Assembly: GCA_028279745.1 (NCBI GenBank)
Contig: JANQNC010000001.1
Location: 870,001-902,000 of the forward strand
DNA: 32,000 nt
Reading direction: 5' to 3'
From: Candidatus Nanoarchaeia archaeon
GTDB lineage: Archaea > Nanobdellota > Nanobdellia > Woesearchaeales > JANQNC01
Position numbers and translations under genes: made by a program. The notes under the pieces are model-generated. The model worked only from the letters and a program-made list of their open reading frames with translations. It did no database searches and was not told the origin of the DNA. Positions 8,785-16,010 of this stretch are shown here, in pieces. Positions within the stretch are counted from its first letter, which is position 1. The number at the start of each line of letters is the position of its first letter.

Positions 8785-9996
8785 TTATTTGCCGCTGATA
8801 ATTTCTACAACATCACCATCTTTTAACAAGTGTTCTTTACCGACAGTCATTTTTGTTTTTACATCTATTGCTCTTATGAAATTATCTCCGAAATCTGAGT
8901 GAAGCCTGTAAGCAAAATCCAGTGCGGTTGAGTTGGGTGGAAGCAAAAAACAGTCGGGGAGAGTGTTTCCATGCTGATCTTCTAATTTATTCACTCCTCC
9001 AGGGAATATTGCTATGTACTTCAGTAATTTTTGAACAGAATCATCTAGAACTTGTTGAACGCCAGTAGATCCGAACTTTTTTAGAATGTTATCTTTAATG
9101 AACTCTAAAGCTTTAGTCTGTTTTTCATTTAAAGAGTCTTGTTTTAACATCTCGAAACTGTCTTCACCAGGAGTGTACTTGATCAATTCAGCTTTAGCAG
9201 CTTCTCTTAGGGCCAATTCAGATTCTGCAGAACATGCAATAAGCATATGGTCAGGAAATTCATTTTGTAATCGAGTGAAGTTGTTGGTTGCATTTTGAAC
9301 ATCAATCTTATTACAAGCGATAATCATTGGCTTAGTTATCTGTCTTAATTGTTTGGCAATATCTTTTAGCTGATCATCAGTCCACTTCTCAGGAATAATA
9401 TCTTTAAGATTTTTAGTAACGTCTTTAATCATATCCTCATCCACCTTTAGACCTGAAAGTTGTTTAGCTAAAGCTTTAGCAACATCCATCTTTTCTTGCT
9501 GAACCTGTTTAGCAAACTTTTCCCAACCTTTCTTAAGAATGCCATAATACCACATGTCAAGCTCAATCTCTAAGAATTTTATGTCATCCGCAGGGTCGTA
9601 CTTTCCTGGTCCGATCGGTTCTCCTTTTTCGTTAGTTGAACCTGAAACGTCTATAACATGAATTAAAACATCAGCCTGTCTTAGATCATCTAAGAATTGG
9701 TTACCCATGCCTTTACCTTCGTGTGCTCCTGGAACAAGGCCTGCAACATCAATCATCTCAACAGGAACAAAACGCTTATGATTAATGCAAAAACCTTCTC
9801 TTGGATTACATTGTTTATTGAAGAATTTATCAGCACAATCTACTTTAATATATCCAACACCTGAATTTGGCTTAATAGTTGCGAAAGGATAGTTAGCTAT
9901 CTCTACTTCTGCTAATGTAGATGCTTTGAAAAAAGTGCTTTTTCCAACATTTGCCTTTCCTACTACTCCTACGATCATTTTAGTTTCAGTTTTCAA
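8785..9996 (-). CDS. Obg-like GTPase/ATPase of the YchF/OLA1 (Ygr210-like) type with a C-terminal TGS domain
   Basis: Motifs seen are GVVGKANVGKSTFF, DVAGLVPGAHEGKGMGNQFLDDLRQADVLIHVID, NKID and a TGS-like end (DGDVVEIISGK). The start could instead be Met7 (nt 9978). Confidence 0.85.
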   Translation of the reverse strand: MKTETKMIVGVVGKANVGKSTFFKASTLAEVEIANYPFATIKPNSGVGYIKVDCADKFFNKQCNPREGFCINHKRFVPVEMIDVAGLVPGAHEGKGMGNQFLDDLRQADVLIHVIDVSGSTNEKGEPIGPGKYDPADDIKFLEIELDMWYYGILKKGWEKFAKQVQQEKMDVAKALAKQLSGLKVDEDMIKDVTKNLKDIIPEKWTDDQLKDIAKQLRQITKPMIIACNKIDVQNATNNFTRLQNEFPDHMLIACSAESELALREAAKAELIKYTPGEDSFEMLKQDSLNEKQTKALEFIKDNILKKFGSTGVQQVLDDSVQKLLKYIAIFPGGVNKLEDQHGNTLPDCFLLPPNSTALDFAYRLHSDFGDNFIRAIDVKTKMTVGKEHLLKDGDVVEIISGK

Positions 9997-10057
9997 TAGC
10001 CGTATAAAAATCTTTCTTATGAAAAGGCTTATAAAAGCTTACAATATTATTTTTACT

Positions 10058-10708
10058 ATGCTAAAAGGAGACTTTCACATACACACAAAAGAAGATCCAA
10101 AAGATATGATAAAGTACACAGCAAAAGATCTAGTTAAATTTATGGCCAAACTAAAATATGAAGTGATGGCATTAACACCCCATGAAAAACCTGTGCGTAT
10201 ACCTGGAATAAAAGAGTATGCAAAGAAGCATGGCATACTATTGTTAGAGGGGTCTGAACGATTCATAGAAGGACATGATGTTGTAGTTATAGGCTATGAT
10301 GGACCTTTGAATAAGTTTGAGGATCTAGACAAAGTAAATGATGAAAATGGGTTGGTTATAGCACCCCATCCATTCTACCAAACACACACCTGTCTAATGG
10401 GGGATTTAGAACCAAACCTAAAACGGTTTGATGCAATAGAATACTCGCACTTTTACACTTGGTTCATGAACTTTCCAAATCGAAAGGCTGAGAAACTCGC
10501 AGAAGCTAATGGCAAAACTTTAGTAGGAACGTCAGACTCACACGACCTAGCACAAATAGGACACACATACACGGTTTTAGATGCGGACAAAAATTATGAC
10601 TCAATACTTGAGTCCATCCGTAAGAATAGAGTTAGAGTTGTGACAAAGCCATTGCCTAGCACATTATTCTTCAAAATAGCATTTAACCACTTCTTCAAGA
10701 AATGGTAG
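10058..10708 (+). CDS. PHP-domain metal-dependent phosphoesterase
   Basis: PHP motifs are present: GDFHIHT, APHPF and SDSHD. The ORF track begins at 9926 inside the neighbouring gene. The ATG at 10058 lies about 25 nt downstream of the TATA-like cttataaaag, so I prefer it. Confidence 0.7.
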   Translation: MLKGDFHIHTKEDPKDMIKYTAKDLVKFMAKLKYEVMALTPHEKPVRIPGIKEYAKKHGILLLEGSERFIEGHDVVVIGYDGPLNKFEDLDKVNDENGLVIAPHPFYQTHTCLMGDLEPNLKRFDAIEYSHFYTWFMNFPNRKAEKLAEANGKTLVGTSDSHDLAQIGHTYTVLDADKNYDSILESIRKNRVRVVTKPLPSTLFFKIAFNHFFKKW

Positions 10709-10745
10709 CACAAGATTTATAAAAAACAAAAACGAGGAATAACAT

Positions 10746-11315
10746 ATGGTAAAGAAGTATACAGGGGATGTAGGAAAAATATCAATAAAAGTGGAACAGC
10801 CATTCCACCTGAAGAACCTATACCAATTTATGCATCTATGGCTATTAGAAAACGGATTTGTCTCTAAGGATGGGGATAAAGACAAATGGGAAACATTCTA
10901 TCTTGAGAAAAGGGGTCAAGTGAATGAACATTGGATGGAATGGGATCTGATAAAAAATATTGAAGGAAATTCTTATTATAGATTTAAGCTTAACATAAAA
11001 ATGCACACTCTAGGCATGAAAAAGATAGAAGTAATGCAGGAAGGAAAGAAAGTAAAACTGGATCATGGAGAGATAGAGATAGTGTTTAAAGGCTCATTAG
11101 AAACAGATATAGGTGGCAAATGGAAAAGTCACTGGTTCCTAAAGCACTTCAAGGATAATTACGATCAAAGAATATTCAAAGAAGAGTTCTACTCAATGCA
11201 TGAAGAGAATCTGTACAGATCTATGTATGGATTACAAGGTATGGTGAAGAAATATATGGCACAGAGATGCTATGCACCAGTCACAGGATTCTTACATAGT
11301 CAAGAAAACAAATGA
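10746..11315 (+). CDS. hypothetical protein
   Basis: It is a 189-aa ORF with purine-rich coding-strand composition like its neighbours. I recognised no motif. Confidence 0.5.
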   Translation: MVKKYTGDVGKISIKVEQPFHLKNLYQFMHLWLLENGFVSKDGDKDKWETFYLEKRGQVNEHWMEWDLIKNIEGNSYYRFKLNIKMHTLGMKKIEVMQEGKKVKLDHGEIEIVFKGSLETDIGGKWKSHWFLKHFKDNYDQRIFKEEFYSMHEENLYRSMYGLQGMVKKYMAQRCYAPVTGFLHSQENK

Positions 11316-11384
11316 AATTGTTGTATTTTCTCACTAGATTGCAGTATAGCGACACTCCTCCTGTCGTGTCTTAAAAGGACAAAA

Positions 11385-11392
11385 TTTATAAA
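11385..11392 (+). promoter_or_regulatory. archaeal-type TATA box upstream of tRNA-Thr
   Basis: The sequence tttataaa, preceded by an A-run (BRE-like), is centred about 30 nt upstream of tRNA position 1. Confidence 0.5.
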
Positions 11393-11418
11393 ACAGTCCC
11401 GGAAAATATATTACAAAC

Positions 11419-11491
11419 GCCCCCGTAGCATAGTAGCTATTGCGTTTGACTTGTAATCAAAAGGTCGCGAGTGCAAATCTCGCCGGGGGCT
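11419..11491 (+). tRNA. tRNA-Thr (anticodon UGU), CCA not encoded
   Basis: Hand fold: a perfect 7-bp acceptor stem (gcccccg/cgggggc), a D arm, a 5-bp anticodon stem (tttga/tcaaa), the loop c-t-TGT-a-a, a 5-nt variable loop and a 5-bp T stem (gcgag/ctcgc). It is 73 nt long with canonical numbering throughout. Confidence 0.88.
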
Positions 11492-11495
11492 TTCT
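11481..11495 (+). repeat. attL-like direct repeat (3' end of tRNA-Thr plus 5 nt of trailer)
   Basis: The sequence cgccgggggctttct is identical to 15522-15536. Confidence 0.8.
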
Positions 11496-11524
11496 GTATT
11501 TTTACTCAGTGAAAAGGGCTTTTT

Positions 11525-12346
11525 TCACAGATTAAATTTAGAATTCTTTAAAACTATCTCAACTATATCAGAATAAAAAGAATAAAGATTGGGTCCTGAT
11601 ATTGGTGCTTCTCCTGGATGAGCGCTATGATTTCTCATCATAAAACAATGTCTTAATCTAGCATGTTGATTAAGATCTATATATCCCAAATATTCTAGGA
11701 TTAATAAGAGATCTGTGTCAAAGATTTCTCTTATTTCAGATAATGAAGATATTTCATATTTCTTATTAAACTTCTTAAATCTTCCAATTGTTTTTGACTT
11801 CATCTCAAGAACTGCTTTGTTGAATTTATCAAAACCTTCTTTCGCTATTTTGTTGTGTATCCTGTTTATTGTCGCACACCATCCTAGAATGATTGCTGCC
11901 CTTAAGCACCCTGATTGAGCACACTTAGCTGCTTCATTAAGGTATTCTTTTTCATCATTCTCAATATCATCAATAAAAGGATTGATGTTTAATCCTGATG
12001 AGATGCTTATATCGCTAGTCTCTATAATTTGTATGAGTTCTGACAGATATCCTTTACTAATCTCTTCAAGTAAAGAGACATATGTTGCTTTCCGCGTGGC
12101 TTTTTTTGAATATGCCAAGAGATTAGAAAAATACTCAGAATACTTACTCAACAAGTCTTTATCTAAATTAGTTCTATTAAGTAAGATTTTTAAATCATCA
12201 AACCAATCTCTGCATATTTTTACTACTTCCTCTTTAAGGTCGCCTCTGTTCACAATAGCAGACTGGTACTTTACCATCTTACCAAGTGTCTTTTTTATCT
12301 CTTTGTGATGTTCTTGTAGCTTGTTAAGGATTTCTTCTTTAGTCAT
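11525..12346 (-). CDS. HEPN-domain protein (Rx4H motif), putative RNase effector
   Basis: The C-terminal helical domain (EAAKCAQSGCLRAAIILGWCATINRIH ... RLRHCFMMRNHSAHPGE) carries R-N-H-S-A-H, which matches the HEPN Rx4-6H signature. The N-terminal half is helical and uncharacterised. Confidence 0.65.
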   Translation of the reverse strand: MTKEEILNKLQEHHKEIKKTLGKMVKYQSAIVNRGDLKEEVVKICRDWFDDLKILLNRTNLDKDLLSKYSEYFSNLLAYSKKATRKATYVSLLEEISKGYLSELIQIIETSDISISSGLNINPFIDDIENDEKEYLNEAAKCAQSGCLRAAIILGWCATINRIHNKIAKEGFDKFNKAVLEMKSKTIGRFKKFNKKYEISSLSEIREIFDTDLLLILEYLGYIDLNQHARLRHCFMMRNHSAHPGEAPISGPNLYSFYSDIVEIVLKNSKFNL

Positions 12347-12954
12347 TCTTGAATCAAGTCTCTTATTATTTCAGCCATTTTTACGTACCCTTGTCCACTA
12401 AGTTCAACAGCTCCTGCTTCATTTATTTTTTTCTCGGTTATTGCCCCTTTAAAGAATTTATGCTGGTTTTTTAGACTAGTTGTAAAGTTGCTATCGAATA
12501 GTCCTTCTTCCCTGCAGGTTTCTCTAACTTCAATGTAATCTGCTTTGAATTGTCCAGATGATAATGCATTTTCAAGGAGAATCATAAATACTTTCTGTAC
12601 TTGTGCTTTAGCCATCTGATCGCTATTTATTTTGTATATTGGCAGAATAGGTTCATGATCCAACATAAATAATTTTTCCAAGTCCTTTTCTGAAAGACCA
12701 TTTTTTCTAAGCATAACCAAAACGTTTCCTGGCAACTTGTACCCTTGACTCATACTTTGAGTAACAGCGTCTTCATTAGCAACCTCTTCTTGTTCTTGTC
12801 CTTTTTCTACAGGCAAATTGAAGTCTATATTTCCAAATGCAAGACCAAATAGCATTTCAAAACACTTTTCCTGAACATTTTCAGGGCTCTTACTAACTAT
12901 ATTGTTGATTTCATCAACTTCTTCTTGTACTTTTTTCCAATCTTTTTTGTCCAT
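12343..12954 (-). CDS. hypothetical protein, upstream partner of the HEPN gene
   Basis: It is a 203-aa ORF with an SD (ggaggat) 6-7 nt upstream. Its stop overlaps the HEPN start (ATGA at 12343-12346). I recognised no motif, and it has no MNT-type GSx(n)DxD motif. Confidence 0.6.
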   Translation of the reverse strand: MDKKDWKKVQEEVDEINNIVSKSPENVQEKCFEMLFGLAFGNIDFNLPVEKGQEQEEVANEDAVTQSMSQGYKLPGNVLVMLRKNGLSEKDLEKLFMLDHEPILPIYKINSDQMAKAQVQKVFMILLENALSSGQFKADYIEVRETCREEGLFDSNFTTSLKNQHKFFKGAITEKKINEAGAVELSGQGYVKMAEIIRDLIQE

Positions 12955-13118
12955 TTTGTAATCCTCCGATAAGTGATTTTAATTGGGTTTTCACTTATAC
13001 TTATAAATGTTTCGTCGGATAAATCACTTTTTCTCAAAAGTAAGAGGTATATTTGTCACTTAATGGATATGAATTTAATATAAGTGTATAAGAACATCAT
13101 AGAGGGTAAACTTGAAAA

Positions 13119-14345
13119 TTAATCACTTCTTGACATAAGTGAGCGGTAAACGCCCTCTATCAAATCTCTGCTCTTTTCCACATTTACTTTTTCCATTGTT
13201 TCGAACATTTTGAGTTGTTGTTCTTGCATTTGTTCTAGTTTTTGTTGCATTTCTTGCATTCTTTGAGCGTAGAGTTTTTCTCTCATTTTGCTTTCTTCTA
13301 GTTGTCCGTTTAGTTGGGACATGTTATGTTGGTATATTTTGCTTTTGGATCTTCTTCCATCAATTGCTAGAAAGTTTACATATTTATCTATCTCATCACT
13401 TGATGGTTTGTGTCCTAGTCTTTTGTTTACTTCGTCTGTTGTCCAGTCTTTTTTCAGCAAGTCACAAGCCATACTGCTTCTTAGATCTTTCCATGTGACA
13501 TTTTCTCCGTTTGGAAGACATTTTGATTTGGTGATTCTTACTGCTCTTTTTAGAATCTGTTTTGCACTAGAATAGCAGAATTTGAATAATTCTTCTTGAG
13601 GTTCTAGATCTTGCAAGTAAACTGTTAATAATCTTACAGTTTCGTCATAGTTTGTTATTTCGCTTCTTGGTGTTCTTGATCTCTTAAGAATTTCTCTTCT
13701 AAGGTTTACTCTGTATTCTTCTTGTTTTGTTTCAGGATTAACAATCTTTGTAAAATCACACTTTCTAAGTCTTAATAACGAATTTATGTTTTCTCCTATG
13801 TCAAAAGCCAACCAAACCAATAATTTTCCATCAAATCTACCGATAACATCAATTATTGTTCTTACTGTTTTTTCTTCTATAAATCTTACTTCATCACTTT
13901 TCTTTGTTGGTGCAAATTCCATCACGTCTTGCACTATTTCGTGTTTTCCTGCGAGCTTGAATAATTTACTTCTAAATATCTTGTTATAATATGATGTTAA
14001 GTCTTTGAATGGTCTGCCTTGTTTGTTAAGGATTTTTCCATCTTCTAATGCATCATAGACTCGTTTAAAATCTTCTTTTGTAATGTGTTTTAACGGCTTA
14101 TTCTTGAACCACTTATTGATATTGGTGAACTTAATAAGATAGCCATATAAGGTTTTATAGCACCCGTCGTCAAGTTCAGGAAGCCCATTCTGTCTCTTTA
14201 ACTTATACTCCTGTTTTTCAAAGAATTCTCTATACAAATCCCTATTTTCCTGACAAATATAAGGATCTCTAAGAAACTTTCGTACTCTTTTCCTATACCT
14301 TTTTTCATAAGTGCTTTTCCATGCCATCGTCGGAGATGAGTCCAT
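13119..14345 (-). CDS. tyrosine recombinase / integrase (divergent)
   Basis: The C-terminal catalytic region is TWKDLRSSMACDLL ... KRLGHKPSSDEIDKYVNF, which fits the box II pattern xLRxxxA ... LGH ... Y. A box I-like segment (SLLRLRKCDF) lies upstream. A glutamine-rich coiled-coil tail follows the catalytic region. Confidence 0.7.
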   Translation of the reverse strand: MDSSPTMAWKSTYEKRYRKRVRKFLRDPYICQENRDLYREFFEKQEYKLKRQNGLPELDDGCYKTLYGYLIKFTNINKWFKNKPLKHITKEDFKRVYDALEDGKILNKQGRPFKDLTSYYNKIFRSKLFKLAGKHEIVQDVMEFAPTKKSDEVRFIEEKTVRTIIDVIGRFDGKLLVWLAFDIGENINSLLRLRKCDFTKIVNPETKQEEYRVNLRREILKRSRTPRSEITNYDETVRLLTVYLQDLEPQEELFKFCYSSAKQILKRAVRITKSKCLPNGENVTWKDLRSSMACDLLKKDWTTDEVNKRLGHKPSSDEIDKYVNFLAIDGRRSKSKIYQHNMSQLNGQLEESKMREKLYAQRMQEMQQKLEQMQEQQLKMFETMEKVNVEKSRDLIEGVYRSLMSRSD

Positions 14346-14373
14346 AACTCATATATAAAGAGGCTCGATTAAT

Positions 14374-14505
14374 TTAATACTCATAATACCTCTTAACCTT
14401 TCTTTTCTTCTTATCCAATTCACACAAATAGTCGTAGATCTTATCAAAATCCCAACCCCACTTAATACGATCTTTCATGATTTTTAGCAATTCAGTCCTT
14501 TTCAT
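14374..14505 (-). CDS. small 43-codon ORF upstream of the integrase (possible excisionase-like or DNA-binding protein)
   Basis: I translated it by hand: MKRTELLKIMKDRIKWGWDFDKIYDYLCELDKKKRKVKRYYEY. It is co-oriented with the integrase and ends 28 nt before the integrase start. There is no homology evidence. Confidence 0.3.
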   Translation of the reverse strand: MKRTELLKIMKDRIKWGWDFDKIYDYLCELDKKKRKVKRYYEY

Positions 14506-14752
14506 AATACTCATTTACAACATAGGAGGTATATAAATCATCCAAAAAGATAAAATGTTTAAAGATGATAAATTTATAAAGAGGGAAAAAGTCCAAAAGG
14601 AAAAGAAAACTTCTGTCATTTAATTCTAAAAGATTCTTGTAAATAATTCTCCTCCCACTTTATTTATAAATAAAAGCCATTTATAAAGGCAGATTAAAAA
14701 GCAGTGGTTTGTTTGCATTAATTTTATATATGCATTTAGATTTCTTGCTATT

Positions 14753-15169
14753 ATGATAATTACAATTGGAGGCAGTATGGTCTTTGCTAAAGAGCAAGTA
14801 GAAGCTAAGAAAGTTCTAGAAAATAAAGGGCATGAAGTACTATTAACAGATAATATCGAGGAATATGTTAATTCTCCAAGTATTAAACAAAGTTATGAAG
14901 AAGAGCTAAGAATTTCTTTAGAAAATGATATAATGATGAGTTTCTTCAATAAATTAGCTAAAAGTGATGCATTTCTTGTTTGTAATTATGATAAAAAAGG
15001 GATAAAAGGATATCTAGGTACTTCAGTTTTGATGGAAATGGGCTTAGCATACTATCTAAACAAAAAGATTTTCTTGTTATATGATATAGATAGAACACAA
15101 GGTTACGCATTAGAAGTTGATATAATTAAACCAACAGTAATTAATGAAGACTATTCTAAAATCAAATAA
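14753..15169 (+). CDS. nucleoside 2-deoxyribosyltransferase-like protein
   Basis: It begins with a small Rossmann-like strand (MIITIGGSM). The motif DAFLVCN...GYLGTSVLMEMGLAYYLNKKIFLL resembles the NDT-family D..GT..E.G.A motif that contains the catalytic Glu. Confidence 0.5.
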   Translation: MIITIGGSMVFAKEQVEAKKVLENKGHEVLLTDNIEEYVNSPSIKQSYEEELRISLENDIMMSFFNKLAKSDAFLVCNYDKKGIKGYLGTSVLMEMGLAYYLNKKIFLLYDIDRTQGYALEVDIIKPTVINEDYSKIK

Positions 15170-15240
15170 ACGGACGATTTTTTGTTTCTTAAATAAGGTT
15201 ACCCTTTTTTAGTTTTATATATCAGGGGACGATTATTTGG

Positions 15241-15265
15241 TGCTATCAAAGAGTTTGTTTAGGGC
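15241..15265 (+). repeat. 25-nt direct repeat, copy 1, in the non-coding arm of the element
   Basis: The sequence tgctatcaaagagtttgtttagggc matches 15378-15402 at 21 of 25 positions. Confidence 0.6.
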
Positions 15266-15377
15266 TATGATTTCAACCTTACAAGAAGATGATTCTTAAG
15301 CCACAAAGTTTATACCCCCTGAATCCAACCTGACAATCAACCTTACAAAATTCAAGAAAACTACATCAAGAAAAAGA

Positions 15378-15402
15378 TGCTATCAAGAATTCTGTTTAGG
15401 GC
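15378..15402 (+). repeat. 25-nt direct repeat, copy 2
   Basis: The sequence tgctatcaagaattctgtttagggc matches 15241-15265 at 21 of 25 positions. Confidence 0.6.
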
Positions 15403-15521
15403 AAAAATTTAAGAGGATTTTTGCTCAATTCATGCAGTACAACGTTTAAGACGTGCAGATTCAAGAGGAGTTTCGGGGGTGAGTAAAAACCCTCTGTTTA
15501 TGAGTAAAAATTATCTCGAGC

Positions 15522-15536
15522 CGCCGGGGGCTTTCT
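15522..15536 (+). repeat. attR-like direct repeat
   Basis: The sequence cgccgggggctttct is identical to 11481-11495. The partial tRNA-like atctcg lies just upstream. Confidence 0.8.
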
Positions 15537-15540
15537 AAAC

Positions 15541-15915
15541 TTATTTCTTACAACAATCTTTACAAATTCCTTTTACTTCTAGTTGGAAGCTTGTGATTGT
15601 TCCAGGAATTTTGTCTTTTAGAAAATCAATGTTATCAATTGTAAAGTGAATAATCTTTCCACTCTTTTCACATTCAAAATGACAATGACTTTTCTTACCC
15701 TTAGAATAAATTGTTTTTCTATTGCAAAGGTAGGTAAATAATTCACCCTTTTCTTTAGCTTCTCTTAAAAATCTGTAAATTGTAGCCATTCCAATACTTT
15801 TTTCTTTTTGTTTTACTCTTTCAAAAAGTTCTTCTGCATTGAAAAAAGAGTCTATTTTATCTAATTCAAATTTTATTGCTTCTTTTTGTTTTGTAGCTCT
15901 ATTCTGTCTTCCCAT
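15541..15915 (-). CDS. zur: Fur-family metalloregulator (probably Zur)
   Basis: It has a winged-helix motif (MATIYRFL), metal sites HCHFECEKSG and CKDCC, and is 124 aa long. It is divergent from the znuA-like operon. Confidence 0.8.
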   Translation of the reverse strand: MGRQNRATKQKEAIKFELDKIDSFFNAEELFERVKQKEKSIGMATIYRFLREAKEKGELFTYLCNRKTIYSKGKKSHCHFECEKSGKIIHFTIDNIDFLKDKIPGTITSFQLEVKGICKDCCKK

Positions 15916-15924
15916 CTTCTTATT

Positions 15925-15943
15925 GATAATGAGAATCAGTAAT
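15925..15943. promoter_or_regulatory. Fur-box-like operator in the zur/znuA divergent promoter
   Basis: The sequence gataatgagaatcagtaat matches the classical 19-bp Fur box GATAATGATAATCATTATC at 15 of 19 positions. Two atttaaat TATA-like boxes follow it. Confidence 0.55.
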
Positions 15944-16010
15944 GTATTTAAATACTCTTCCTTTTTTGAGTCAATAAGGATTATTTAAATAATAATCAGG
16001 AGGGGTCTAA

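Larger units (their letters stand above)
11481..15536. mobile_element. integrated element of about 4 kb at tRNA-Thr, with a tyrosine recombinase and conflict-type cargo
   Basis: An exact 15-bp direct repeat flanks the region. It contains an internal intact integrase gene and a strand-switched gene block. Confidence 0.75.

Noticed and set aside
14659-14674. A perfect 16-nt palindrome, tttatttataaataaa, lies in the element's internal intergenic region.
   Set aside because: It is composed only of A/T in an AT-rich promoter region, so chance palindromes of this type are expected. It probably reflects overlapping TATA boxes for divergent transcription.
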